Shown: in pieces, positions 11,001 to 20,337 of the stretch
How positions within the stretch are numbered: position 1 is the stretch's first letter
How the letters are laid out: every line of letters begins with the position of its first letter
From: Bacteroidales bacterium
GTDB taxonomy: Bacteria > Bacteroidota > Bacteroidia > Bacteroidales > PWNQ01
NCBI GenBank assembly: GCA_003557725.1
Contig: PWNQ01000205.1
Location: forward strand, 1-45,023
DNA length: 45,023 bases
Reading direction: 5' to 3'
Notes under the pieces: generated by a model
Databases searched by the model: none
The model's input: only the letters and a program-made list of their open reading frames with translations
What the model was told of the DNA's origin: nothing
Position numbers and translations under genes: made by a program

Positions 11001-11205
11001 TTTCTATCGGTTCCGATACATTGGTTTCAATATCCTGCGCACTGGCCCCCGGATAGGTAGTGAATACGGTGATGGCCGGGAATTCTATTTCAGGATACAG
11101 GTCTACCGGAAGACGAATAATGGAATATATTCCAAAAACAACGATAGCGGCAAATACCATCAGGGTGGTTATGGGTTTTTTTACCGCACTGGCATATATA
11201 CTCAT
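8074..11205 (-). CDS. RND efflux permease (AcrB/AcrD/AcrF family)
   Basis: 1043 aa; LPVDLYPEIEFP, GMVVDDAIV, GIVVKNAIVLVD, RLRPVLMT. Confidence 0.95.
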   Translation of the reverse strand: MSIYASAVKKPITTLMVFAAIVVFGIYSIIRLPVDLYPEIEFPAITVFTTYPGASAQDIETNVSEPIENAVNTVDDLKEVRSVSRDNLSIVILEFEYETDLSEAANNIRDALAFVRDALPEEADEPNIFKFNTSMMPIQMFAITADEHYEGLEKLLEERLVNPLNRISGVGSINIAGAPVREVAIEADPRKLEAYNLTIEQIGGILAAENMNMPTGNIEMGEMNYPLRVEGEFKSSDYIRDIVVGNANGQAIYLRDVATVRDSLREMSMDEKIDGKDGVRMLVMKQSGANTVRVAREVNQLIDEVSGSLPADVSILPVFDTSEFIRGSINNLTRTLLFALIFVVLVVLFFLGRWRATFIVVLTIPISLIVAFIYLRISGNSVNVISLSALSIAIGMVVDDAIVILENISKHIERGASPREAAIYATNEVWLAVIVTTLTIVAVFFPMTLLGGMTGVMFRQLGWIVTITVITSTLAAISLTPMLSSKLLSMKKQTTSSSSWSYDRKIRPLLDKLDLKYSQFLKWSLSHKRIIVFSALGILVLSVLMASRLSTEFIPETDEGRFNISVELQPGIRADKTIEVARYVDSLLEANVPEMRLISTSAGADDQGGFMSMFQSTGSNIINITVGLTDLEDRKRSVWEIVESVRGDLGKIPDIIDYSVTAAGTGFGGNQVDVEIFGYDFQTTTRLAEQIADSLELIPGAREVSISREDEKPEMRVELDREKMAAHGLNTANVSTALYNRVEGMTATRYREEGEEYDVVVRFKKEFRNSISHIENIALQTPMGTSVRLGELGKVVEHYSPPNIERKGRERMVTVSATPYGASLGDLAQAINQVVNQMEKPREVIIEVGGAFEDQQEGFTDLALLLALSLVLVYIVMASQFESLKMPFIIMFSIPFAFSGVILALLVTNTNLSIIAGLGSVMLVGIVVKNAIVLVDYINLMRDRGYELDEAIVRSGRLRLRPVLMTAATTTLGMLPLALSTGEGAEIWSPMGIAVIGGLVASTIITMIIVPVIYRIFGTKGERNKKQRVRAKFSFMEEKMDKA

Positions 11206-11263
11206 GGATTTATGTTTTATTCTTTATTTGATAACCTTATTGTCTTATTGTTGCAATCATCAA

Positions 11264-12367
11264 TTAGCGTATTACTTTGATGGCTTCTCCTCCGGTTAAG
11301 CGGGTTTGTCCGGCAACAATAACCTCCATGCCTGTTTCCAGTTCATCGGAGATGATCTCCAGCCGGTCATCATAACGCTCGCCGGTTTCTACCATAATTT
11401 TCTTTGCTTTTCCATTTTCTTCCACAAAGATGTATCGTCTGTTGGTTCCATCTTGTCTGAGCACCACATTGGAAGGGACCAGCATTGTGCTGGCTGTTCG
11501 CAGGTTGATTCTCACCCGTGCAAACATGCCGGGCCGTAGCTTCTCTCCGGGGTTGTCCGCTTTTACTTCAATGGTGAAGTTTCTACTCACAGGGTTGATC
11601 ACGGGGTGAACCTTGTGGATGGTTCCCATAAACATTTGTTCTGGATAAATATCCGTGCAAATACGTGCCGACATGCCGGTTGTTATCTGAGGAAAATATT
11701 TTTCTGAAATATTAACTTCTGCTTTTAAGGGCGATATCTGCATCAGCGTAAGTATGGCGGCTTTTCCTTCGGCAGTATTGGGAGCGCCTGAATAAACTTC
11801 TCCAGGTTCAAAATAACGGCCGGTGACCACCCCGGAAAATGGAGCTGAGAGGGTGGTATTTTCCTTTAAAAATTCCAAATTAGCCACTGCTACCTCGTAT
11901 TGGGTCTTTGCCTGCTCATATTGCTGCTGGGAAATGCTGTTCATGGAATATAAGGTATCCATGCGCCGGTAGGTGGAGCGAGCATTTTCCACTTGTAAAA
12001 GAGCCTGGGACAACTGGGTACGGTCCATTTCTACCAATACCTGCCCTTTATGAACACGATCTCCCACATTCACATGGATCCGCTCAATGCGGCCCGGCTG
12101 AGAAGGAGCGTAATGTACCTGCTCAAAAGCCACCAGATTGGCCGTATAAATAAGCTCACGATCAACAGAGTCTAAGGCTAATGACATTACTCTTACCGGA
12201 ATAGCTTCCTCAGCACTGGATGATGAATCATCATCTGAGCTAAAAGGGGAGGACTCACAGGACGACCATGATAAAGCGGCCAGTAACATTACTGAAAACA
12301 AACTGGCAGGCCTCTTTAATACAAATGACTTGATTGATTGTGAAAACATTATTTTGGGGTTTTTCAA
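11264..12367 (-). CDS. RND membrane fusion protein (periplasmic adaptor); likely start at ATG 12349
   Basis: lipoyl-like GRIERIHVNVGDRVHKGQVL, LSAPFSGVV, LRPGMFARV; lipobox-like WSSC. Confidence 0.93.
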   Translation of the reverse strand: MKNPKIMFSQSIKSFVLKRPASLFSVMLLAALSWSSCESSPFSSDDDSSSSAEEAIPVRVMSLALDSVDRELIYTANLVAFEQVHYAPSQPGRIERIHVNVGDRVHKGQVLVEMDRTQLSQALLQVENARSTYRRMDTLYSMNSISQQQYEQAKTQYEVAVANLEFLKENTTLSAPFSGVVTGRYFEPGEVYSGAPNTAEGKAAILTLMQISPLKAEVNISEKYFPQITTGMSARICTDIYPEQMFMGTIHKVHPVINPVSRNFTIEVKADNPGEKLRPGMFARVRINLRTASTMLVPSNVVLRQDGTNRRYIFVEENGKAKKIMVETGERYDDRLEIISDELETGMEVIVAGQTRLTGGEAIKVIR

Positions 12368-12462
12368 TAATTAATAACTGATTATTCTTTCCTTCTGGTT
12401 TATAACAAATGCTGATCACTGATAATATATGGTATTAATAATCTTTGAGGTTGTTGGTTCCT

Positions 12463-13866
12463 CTATTCCAGGTTGTTATACAGCTTATTGATTCGGGTAT
12501 TGGCCTGGAGCAGCTCCAGTACTGCGCTTAAATAGTTGCTTTCAGCTTCCAGGTAGTTGGCATTGGATTGGGTAAGCTCCATGGCCGACACCATTCCCTG
12601 CCGGTACTTTCGGCTCACACTTTCCTGTAAGCGTCTTGCTATTCGAATATTTTGGGCCTGGGTGCGATAGTTCTCATAGGCGCTGGCCAGCTCATACCGT
12701 AGCTGATTGTCTTGCAAACGAAGTTGTTCTTCTGTCATTTCTTTGGCGCGGTTGGCTTGCTCCAGCTCCAGTTTGGCCTTTTCCAGGCGTGCCTTCCTTA
12801 CTCCGCTGCTAAATATGGGGACATTGAGCTGTACCCCCGCTGCATTATTGGGTGCCAGGTCAAAACCAGTGGTCTTAATCTTTTCCGTGTAACTGTAAAA
12901 ACCGGTTAAAGTGGGGCCAAATGCCCACCGTTCCATGTCTACCATTTTCTCCTGAAGCTGCTCCTGCTTTTGAATGATTTGATAGGTAGGATTTTGATCC
13001 ACCTGAAGGGGAGTGGTCACGTGGTCCAGGCCGGTTAGGTTGTCCAGAATACCCGGCAGCGAATCGGTTAAGATCAGCTCGTGGTCCATATTCAAACCCA
13101 GCTGAAAGCGTAACATATTGTAACTTAAGTTTATATTGCGCTCCAGGGCACGCTTTTGGTTCTCTATCCCCGATAAAGTGACGGTAAGTTGGTCTACATC
13201 CGTCTCTTCAGCCACACCGGCCTGGTACATATTCACCGTATGCTCTTTTATTTCCTCCATGGCTCTTATGCTTTCCTCCATCACCTCAATAATACTTTCT
13301 GTGACCAAAATCAACTGATAGGTATTGGTCACATTTTCCAATACGTCCAGCCGGGTGATGTTTACGCTTTCCCGGGCCAGCTCCCGCGCTATGCCGGCGG
13401 TCTGAAGACCCACCCAGTACTGTCCGCTGAAAATTAGCTGGGAAACCTGTACCTGGGCATTGGACTGATCAGTCATCACTATGGTGGTAGCTCCCGGTGA
13501 AGCCATTTGCTGCAAGATCTTTAATATTTCAAAATCCCCCGCATCCAACTTGCTGTAGTCAATATCCGGCATATCTCCATTGCCGGCACCCATCTCAAAA
13601 GTGGCCTCATAATTGAAGTTGGTCATGTAGTCTAACTGGCCGCTTACCTGGGGAAGACCTTGTCCACGAGCCTCATTGTATTGCTGATCGGCAATCTCTA
13701 TATCCAAACGGGCATTCTTTAATTGCTTGTTGTGGGACAGGGCATAAGCACGCGCCTGCTCCAATGAAAAGGATGCGGGCTGATCACCGGTGCCCGAATC
13801 CTGTCCCTGCAGGGAAAAACCGGTGATGAAACACAATGCAACGAATAACTTTGATAGGGTCCGCAT
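12463..13866 (-). CDS. TolC family outer membrane efflux protein
   Basis: signal peptide; SLEQARAYALSHN, two OEP repeats, VPIFSSG, KYRQGMVSAMEL. Confidence 0.93.
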   Translation of the reverse strand: MRTLSKLFVALCFITGFSLQGQDSGTGDQPASFSLEQARAYALSHNKQLKNARLDIEIADQQYNEARGQGLPQVSGQLDYMTNFNYEATFEMGAGNGDMPDIDYSKLDAGDFEILKILQQMASPGATTIVMTDQSNAQVQVSQLIFSGQYWVGLQTAGIARELARESVNITRLDVLENVTNTYQLILVTESIIEVMEESIRAMEEIKEHTVNMYQAGVAEETDVDQLTVTLSGIENQKRALERNINLSYNMLRFQLGLNMDHELILTDSLPGILDNLTGLDHVTTPLQVDQNPTYQIIQKQEQLQEKMVDMERWAFGPTLTGFYSYTEKIKTTGFDLAPNNAAGVQLNVPIFSSGVRKARLEKAKLELEQANRAKEMTEEQLRLQDNQLRYELASAYENYRTQAQNIRIARRLQESVSRKYRQGMVSAMELTQSNANYLEAESNYLSAVLELLQANTRINKLYNNLE

Positions 13867-13971
13867 TTTTAAAGGTTTTTATCGTTTGATGATTTTATTA
13901 TGGTATCTATGGCTGGCAGGGATCCTTTGGCTTTGGCAGTCAGCATACAGAAATCCCCCTGTTTGAAGTAT

Positions 13972-14442
13972 TTATTTTTCCTCCCTGTAATATTGAAGCT
14001 TGGTTAAATTCAAACTTTCCAGAAAAAAGTCTATAACATCCATTACGTTATTTAAAAATACACAGTTTGGGGATGATGGATCCTCTTTCAGACTAATAAT
14101 GTCCTTTAGGTTGCTCCTGTGGTCTTTAAGCTCATTGATGATATCGTTAACCAATGCAAATGGCTCTTGCCTTCGCAGGTGAAAGTATCGTTTACGATCA
14201 CCGGGATAGGTCTTATAGTCCACCTTTTCACCCATCTGAAGGGTCTTTAACCCGGTACTGGCAGCACTTTTGCTGATCCCCAACTCTTCAACGATCTGGT
14301 CAAAGGTGTATTCCTCCTTGTCCATAACCATCAGTAATGCCAATATGCGCCCGGCAACGGGCTGCATACCTTCTTTTTCCATTTTTAACCCAATGGTCTC
14401 TACCATCTGTAACTGCTTCTCTCTCCGCTCTTCTTTATTCAT
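13972..14442 (-). CDS. GbsR/MarR-family winged-helix transcriptional regulator
   Basis: GMQPVAGRILALLM..TFDQIVEELGISKSAASTGLKTL..PGDRKRYF; first gene of the efflux operon. Confidence 0.85.
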   Translation of the reverse strand: MNKEERREKQLQMVETIGLKMEKEGMQPVAGRILALLMVMDKEEYTFDQIVEELGISKSAASTGLKTLQMGEKVDYKTYPGDRKRYFHLRRQEPFALVNDIINELKDHRSNLKDIISLKEDPSSPNCVFLNNVMDVIDFFLESLNLTKLQYYREEK

Positions 14443-14669
14443 CCTTTATATGAGTTTTGGTTTGCAAAAATGCGCCACCCGGGTTTAATGTCACAAAAGT
14501 TTATGGATAAACCGGCTGTTTCTACCTTTAAACAACCTGTATCCACCCTTGAATGCCCATCTTTCAATGCAACAATATGCCTTAACATTTGGCAGTTTGT
14601 TTTGTTCATAAGTAAAAGAACTAAAAATAGGGGGGATTATTATCTGTGAGGAGGATTTTTTTTTGAGTT

Positions 14670-14800
14670 GCTCCCGCTCCCGCCGCCTCCGCCGCCGCTC
14701 CCGCCTCCGCCCCAGAATTCCGCCGCCTCCGCCGGACCCACTAAAGCGCCCGCCGCCGCCGCCCCTGGCAGTTGACAAATCCGCCGCCGCCGGCCACCAC
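14670..14800. repeat. GC-rich low-complexity (CCG/CTCCCG) tract containing motif D
   Basis: iterated ccgcc(t)cc units; aattccgcc..ccgccggaccc..ggcagttgacaa also occurs at 39528-39559. Confidence 0.75.
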
Positions 14801-14843
14801 ATGCCGGGGTAAAGTGCCCATTGGTTTTGCCATTAGGGGGTAT

Positions 14844-15506
14844 TTAGGGAAATTGTTGTACCGTATACCAGGCCAGTGTCAGTGTGGCGGCAAATAACAG
14901 GACACTCCATATTAATGGGTGTATCCGTGTAATTTTGGCCAGTATGGTGGCATCGCCGGCATTTTTGGGTGTTTTAGCAGCCAAGTATATAAGGTACAGG
15001 GGGGTTGTAAGCGACTGCCAGAACAGTATGCCGGCAAAAAAGCACACAGCCAGGTACATGGCCAGCGGGATATCCAGGTAATAGAGCAAATACAGGAGTG
15101 CTCCAAAGCTGATTAGCCACAGGATACCGTAGGTATTGCGCACAAAAAGCAGCAGGTTCAGCAGGATAAATGTGCTTATGGCTATAAGCAGAGACAGGCT
15201 GTTATGGGTATTTACCAGGTAGAACAGCAGCAGGGCGCCGGCGCCGGATGCGGGATATCCGGCCAGGGCGGTGAGGAAGTGGCTTAGGGGATATCTGGAA
15301 GCCATGGTAGTAGTACCGGAGGTGTCGGCAAAAAGGTGGATATGTTTAACTTTTCCATGGGTGATTAGCGCCATAATAGCATGGCCGTTCTCGTGAACCA
15401 GTGTGTTAAACACGTTAAAATAACGGCCCAGCACCGGCACCTTAGGTAAAATAAGTGCCATAAACAGGCATAGATAAAAATATCCGGTGGGAGAGGGAGT
15501 TTCCAT
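14844..15506 (-). CDS. M50 family (M50B-like) membrane metallopeptidase
   Basis: HENGH zinc motif, LAGYP, GDA..LA; several hydrophobic helices; 20 bp downstream of feoB. Confidence 0.85.
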   Translation of the reverse strand: METPSPTGYFYLCLFMALILPKVPVLGRYFNVFNTLVHENGHAIMALITHGKVKHIHLFADTSGTTTMASRYPLSHFLTALAGYPASGAGALLLFYLVNTHNSLSLLIAISTFILLNLLLFVRNTYGILWLISFGALLYLLYYLDIPLAMYLAVCFFAGILFWQSLTTPLYLIYLAAKTPKNAGDATILAKITRIHPLIWSVLLFAATLTLAWYTVQQFP

Positions 15507-15526
15507 ATTTCCGCGTGTAATTCATA

Positions 15527-18061
15527 TTACAGAACTGCCGAGCCAATCTGGTATGTCATAAAAGACACCAGCCAGGCCAGCGAGGTGGTATATACAACCG
15601 TAAATACTGCCCACCGCCAGGTTCCTGTTTCTCTCCTGATGGTGGCAATAACGGCAATACAGGGGAAGTAAATAAGTACAAACAGCATAAAGCTCATGGC
15701 GATCAGCGGTGTGAATACCGGTTGTCCTTTTTTGGGCCCACTGGTATAGTATTGGTTTTGCAGCTTGCTGATGAGGGATGACTGTTTTTGCAGGGCAGGT
15801 TCTTCCGGGTTAGCCATATACAATATGCCCAGGGTGCCCACCACGATTTCCTTGGCGGCCACTCCGGTGAGTATTCCCACCGTCATTTTCCAGTCAAACC
15901 CCAAAGGGGCCATCATCGGTTGCACGGTTTTTCCCAGTCTTCCAATATAGGATTGTTCCTGGTGCCTGCTTTCCTCCTGCAGGTCCAGCTGCTTTATGGC
16001 CATTTGCTTTGCTTCTTTCAGGCTGTCAGAGGCTCCGGGCCCATAATGACTGTTGTGCATCAACTGGTTAAAATGCTGTTCCGTTTGTGCCCGCTTTTGG
16101 TCATAGTCACGGGATATGCTTTCACTACGCGGGAAGTATCCCAAAACCCATATAATAACAGACGCTATAAGGATCACCCCTGCGATTTTTTTCAGATATT
16201 GTTCGGCACGAAACCACATATGTTTAAGCAGTGTTTTGGGTGCGGGCATACGATAAGGTGGCAGCTCCATAACAAAGGGCACATCGGTGGTTTTAAACAT
16301 GGTCTTGCGCAATACCAGGGCGGAAAGGATAGCTAAAGCCACTCCAAAGCCATATAAAGCAAACAATATGGTTCCCTGATAGGCGGTAAAAAAAGCGGTG
16401 ATAAACAAAATGTATACGGGCAGGCGGGCGCTGCACGACATAAACGGGTTGATCAATATGGTGATCAGCCGGTCCTGGCGGCTTTCAATGATACGGGTGC
16501 CCATAATGGCCGGCAAATTGCAGCCAAAGCCCATGAGCAAGGGAATAAATGACTTGCCATGCAGGCCGATACGGTGCATGGCTTTATCCATTATAAATAC
16601 CGCCCGGGCCATATAGCCGGTATCTTCCATCAAGGCAATAAAAAAATAAAGAAATAAAATATTGGGCAGAAAAACGATCACCCCGCCAACCCCTCCCAGA
16701 ATGCCCTGGATAAAAAAGTCTTTGATAATGCCGTCGGGCAGGCTTAGCTGAAGCTGAACCGATGTTTGTCCTACCAGCCACTCTATCCAGTCCATGGGGT
16801 AGGCCCCCAGCTTGAAAGTGGTATAAAAAGTGAGCCACATAAAAAACATAAATACCGGAATACCCCAGTATTTATGCGTAAGAAACCGATCTACCCAACG
16901 GGTCTTTGCATGATGACGGATGTGACTCTTCTTATGGGTCTCCTGCAAAGCACCGGCAATAAAGCCGTAACGGGCATCAGTGATAAGGTTTTCCGGGGCA
17001 TCCCCCAATGTGGAAGCTATCCTTTTCTGCTCTTCCTCCCGGGCACGGAATAATTCTCCACTGTTATGCAGAGAGCTGATCTTTCGCTCTGTCTCTTTGT
17101 CACCCTCCAACAGCTTTATGGCCAAAAAACGTTTGGATATTTTGCTGGTAAGCAGATGATTGTCACGTTTATCTATAAGCGGTTGCAATACCTTTATGCT
17201 GCTTTCTATGGTGCGACCATAATTGATGTGAATATGGCGGACGGTTTGGTCTTCATCTTCATATACTTCACGCACTTTTTGTAGCAACTCTTTGACACCC
17301 TTCCCCCTGGATCCTACAGTGGGTACCATGGGAATACCCAGCATCTTTCCCAGTACCTCATAGTCCAGCTGGTCCTGATGCTTCTGGAACTCATCGTACA
17401 TGTTTAAGGCTACCACCACCTTTATATTCATGTCAATAAGCTGGGTAGTCAGGTACAGGTTACGCTCCAGGTTGGTGGTGTCGAGAACATTAACCACCAC
17501 GTCGGGGGCCTTTTCAAAGATAAAGTCGCGAACAAACAGCTCTTCAGGAGAATAGGCCGTTATACTGTAAGTGCCCGGCAGATCCACCACATTATAGGTG
17601 TAGTCATAAAGCTTAAACCGGGCCTCCTTGGCATCTACCGTAACGCCCCCATAGTTGCCCACATGCTCACGGCTGCCCGAAGCATTGTTGAATAAAGTGG
17701 TCTTCCCGCAGTTGGGATTACCCACAAAAGCCACATGAATGGTCTTTCCCTTTTCCCGGGCACTGAGCTTTAGTAACTGCTCATCGATGGGGCCACCGGA
17801 TTCCTTCAAACGCCGGTTGTCAGACCCCGAAAGATCCCCTCCTGAAACAACCTCTATTAACCGGGCTTCGCTGTTGCGTAAGGATACATTGTACCCCATA
17901 ATATTGTACTCCACAGGATCCTTTAATGGTGCTTTACGGATAACCGTGATCTCCTGACCGGGAACAAAACCCATTTCGATCATCCGCTTACGAATGGCTC
18001 CATGGCCCTTGACCTTTACTATAATACCCGTATCACCCTGCTTCATCCTGGACAATAACAT
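15527..18061 (-). CDS. feoB: ferrous iron transporter, FeoA-FeoB fusion
   Basis: N-terminal FeoA (RMIEMGFVPG..KAPLKDP); G-domain GNPNCGKT, DLPGTYS, NMYD; membrane gate motifs GFGC, PFMSCSARLP, FVMELPPY. Confidence 0.96.
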   Translation of the reverse strand: MLLSRMKQGDTGIIVKVKGHGAIRKRMIEMGFVPGQEITVIRKAPLKDPVEYNIMGYNVSLRNSEARLIEVVSGGDLSGSDNRRLKESGGPIDEQLLKLSAREKGKTIHVAFVGNPNCGKTTLFNNASGSREHVGNYGGVTVDAKEARFKLYDYTYNVVDLPGTYSITAYSPEELFVRDFIFEKAPDVVVNVLDTTNLERNLYLTTQLIDMNIKVVVALNMYDEFQKHQDQLDYEVLGKMLGIPMVPTVGSRGKGVKELLQKVREVYEDEDQTVRHIHINYGRTIESSIKVLQPLIDKRDNHLLTSKISKRFLAIKLLEGDKETERKISSLHNSGELFRAREEEQKRIASTLGDAPENLITDARYGFIAGALQETHKKSHIRHHAKTRWVDRFLTHKYWGIPVFMFFMWLTFYTTFKLGAYPMDWIEWLVGQTSVQLQLSLPDGIIKDFFIQGILGGVGGVIVFLPNILFLYFFIALMEDTGYMARAVFIMDKAMHRIGLHGKSFIPLLMGFGCNLPAIMGTRIIESRQDRLITILINPFMSCSARLPVYILFITAFFTAYQGTILFALYGFGVALAILSALVLRKTMFKTTDVPFVMELPPYRMPAPKTLLKHMWFRAEQYLKKIAGVILIASVIIWVLGYFPRSESISRDYDQKRAQTEQHFNQLMHNSHYGPGASDSLKEAKQMAIKQLDLQEESRHQEQSYIGRLGKTVQPMMAPLGFDWKMTVGILTGVAAKEIVVGTLGILYMANPEEPALQKQSSLISKLQNQYYTSGPKKGQPVFTPLIAMSFMLFVLIYFPCIAVIATIRRETGTWRWAVFTVVYTTSLAWLVSFMTYQIGSAVL

Positions 18062-18076
18062 ACCTGAACCCCAATT

Positions 18077-18097
18077 AATTTAGAATCAATTTAAATT
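18077..18097. promoter_or_regulatory. putative iron-responsive (Fur-type) operator
   Basis: imperfect palindrome AATTTAGAATCAATTTAAATT between the feoAB start and its -7 box (TATTTTTG on the minus strand, 18102-18109). Confidence 0.6.
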
Positions 18098-18254
18098 GCG
18101 ACAAAAATATTCTATTTATCCAACATAGAAAAACTTTTCCATTCTAAATTACAGTATGGAGTCCGTTCTGAATGAAAATCAATTCATTTCCCCTGATAAT
18201 CAGCCTGACCCATTTCTAAGGGGTGGCATTGCCAAATTGACAGTATATAAGTTA

Positions 18255-18270
18255 TGGCACATCCTTTGGT
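18255..18270 (+). promoter_or_regulatory. sigma54-like -24/-12 element upstream of htpG
   Basis: TGGCACATCCTTTGGT compared with the TGGCAC-N5-TTGC consensus. Confidence 0.4.
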
Positions 18271-18331
18271 AAGAGGGTTGAGAGTAAAGCAAAGGGGCGA
18301 GTTGCCCATGTATTATAAAAAATAGAAAGTT

Positions 18332-20233
18332 ATGCATAAAGGCAAGATTAATGTACAGACGGAAAACATTTTTCCGGTAATAAAGAAGTTTTTGTATTCC
18401 GATCAGGAGATCTTTTTACGCGAGATCATTTCCAATGCGGTGGATGCCACGGAGAAGCTTCGCATGTTGGCTCGTGGGGGCAAGCTGGAAGAGGAGATAG
18501 GGGACGATACCATTCAGGTATCCTTTGACAAGGATAAGAAGACCATTACGGTTTCCGACCGGGGTATCGGGATGACCGGGGAAGAGGTGGAGAAGTTTAT
18601 CAATCAGATTGCCTTGTCCAGTGCCCAGGATTTTGTGGAGAAATATAAGGATGCTGACAGTAAGCGGCTTATCGGGCAGTTTGGGCTGGGTTTTTACTCT
18701 TCTTTTATGGTTGCTGATAAAGTGGAGCTGGTTACCCGGTCGTATATGGAAGATGCCAAAGCAGTCCGGTGGTCATGCGACGGATCCCCGGAATATACGC
18801 TGGAGGAGACCGACAAAAAAGACCGGGGTACGGATGTGGTTATGCATATTTCAAAAGACGGGGAAGAGTTTTTAGATGAGCACAAGCTATTGGATCTACT
18901 GAAAAAGTATTCTGGCTTTGTTCCCGTACCGGTTCAGTTCGGTATGGAGACCCATGAAGAAGAGATTGAAGGGGAGAAGGATAAAGATGGTAAGCCCAAA
19001 ACTAAAGAGGTGGAAAAGCCGCGGGTAATTAATAATCCGGATCCCGCCTGGACCAAGCCTCCGGCAGATTTGAAGAAGGAAGACTACCAAAGCTTTTACC
19101 GGGAGTTGTATCCCATGACCTTTGAAGAGCCTCTTTTCCATATCCATCTGAACGTAGACTATCCCTTTAAGCTTACTGGCATTTTGTATTTCCCCAAGAT
19201 CAAGCCCAATTTGGAGGTCCAACGCAATAAGATCCAGCTCTATTCCAACCAGGTGTTTATCACCGATTCGGTGGAAGGCATTGTGCCTGAGTTTTTGACC
19301 ATGTTGCATGGGGTGCTGGACTCGCCTGATATCCCGCTGAATGTTTCCAGAAGCTATCTTCAAAGTGACTCCCGGGTGAAAAAAATCTCCAACCATATCA
19401 TGAAGAAGGTATCGGATAAGCTGGAGGAACTGTTTAAGAATGAGCGGGAAGACTTTGAGAAAAAATGGGATGATATTAAAATATTCATCCAGTATGGCAT
19501 GATCTCTGAAGATAAGTTTTATGACCGTGCCAAAGCTTATGCCTTGCTTAAAAATACAGATGATAAGTATTTCACTTTTGAGGAGTATGTCAAGCTTATC
19601 AAAGAGAACCAGACCGATAAAGATAAGAATGTGGTACACTTGTATGCCACCGACCGGGAGAATCAATATGCATATATCCAGGCAGCAAAAGACCGGGGTT
19701 ATGATGTACTGCTATTGGATGGTCCTATCGACAGCCATTATGTAAATATGCTGGAGCAAAAGCTGGAAAAAACCACCTTTAAGCGAGTGGATGCAGAGGT
19801 GTTGGATAAGCTTATTGTTAAGAAAGAAGAGGATAAGCCGGAGCCTGTTTTCAGTGAAGAACAGAAGGAAAAGATTAAGCCTTTGTTTGAAGAGCAGGCT
19901 GGTAAAGAGAAGTATACGGTTAAGTTTGAGGCAATGAAGGCTTCGGATATGCCGGTGATGATCACTCAGGATGAGTTTATGCGGCGTATGATGGATATGC
20001 AAAAGACGGGAGGTGGCGGTGGAATGGCTTTTATGGGCAATATGCCTGAAAACTACAATATGGTGGTTAATGAAAACCATCCATTGATTGGTGAGTTGAT
20101 CAAACAGGAGGACGAGGAAAAGCAGAAAAGGGTGGTGCAGCAACTTACCGACCTGGCAAAATTGTCACAGAACCTGCTTAAAGGGGAAGAGCTTTCCGGG
20201 TTTATCAAACGTAGTGTGGATGTAATCCGGTAA
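18332..20233 (+). CDS. htpG: molecular chaperone HtpG (Hsp90)
   Basis: IFLREIISNAVDA, DRGIGMT, IGQFGLGFYS, DIPLNVSRSYLQ. Confidence 0.97.
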   Translation: MHKGKINVQTENIFPVIKKFLYSDQEIFLREIISNAVDATEKLRMLARGGKLEEEIGDDTIQVSFDKDKKTITVSDRGIGMTGEEVEKFINQIALSSAQDFVEKYKDADSKRLIGQFGLGFYSSFMVADKVELVTRSYMEDAKAVRWSCDGSPEYTLEETDKKDRGTDVVMHISKDGEEFLDEHKLLDLLKKYSGFVPVPVQFGMETHEEEIEGEKDKDGKPKTKEVEKPRVINNPDPAWTKPPADLKKEDYQSFYRELYPMTFEEPLFHIHLNVDYPFKLTGILYFPKIKPNLEVQRNKIQLYSNQVFITDSVEGIVPEFLTMLHGVLDSPDIPLNVSRSYLQSDSRVKKISNHIMKKVSDKLEELFKNEREDFEKKWDDIKIFIQYGMISEDKFYDRAKAYALLKNTDDKYFTFEEYVKLIKENQTDKDKNVVHLYATDRENQYAYIQAAKDRGYDVLLLDGPIDSHYVNMLEQKLEKTTFKRVDAEVLDKLIVKKEEDKPEPVFSEEQKEKIKPLFEEQAGKEKYTVKFEAMKASDMPVMITQDEFMRRMMDMQKTGGGGGMAFMGNMPENYNMVVNENHPLIGELIKQEDEEKQKRVVQQLTDLAKLSQNLLKGEELSGFIKRSVDVIR

Positions 20234-20263
20234 CCAGGGCATTGCTCAGCAGTATTGAAAAAG

Positions 20264-20314
20264 AAAAAACCTCCACCCGGACGGCCTTAGCGCTAAAGGG
20301 GTGGAGGTTTTTTT
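20264..20314. terminator. bidirectional intrinsic terminator between convergent htpG and prolyl oligopeptidase
   Basis: AAAAAACCTCCACCC ... GGGTGGAGGTTTTTTT. Confidence 0.85.
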
Positions 20315-20337
20315 ATTGAGGTATATCCAATAACGGA

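Noticed and set aside
14491-14802. 103-aa Gly/Arg-rich ORF
   Set aside because: A translation of the CCG low-complexity tract; no plausible protein features.
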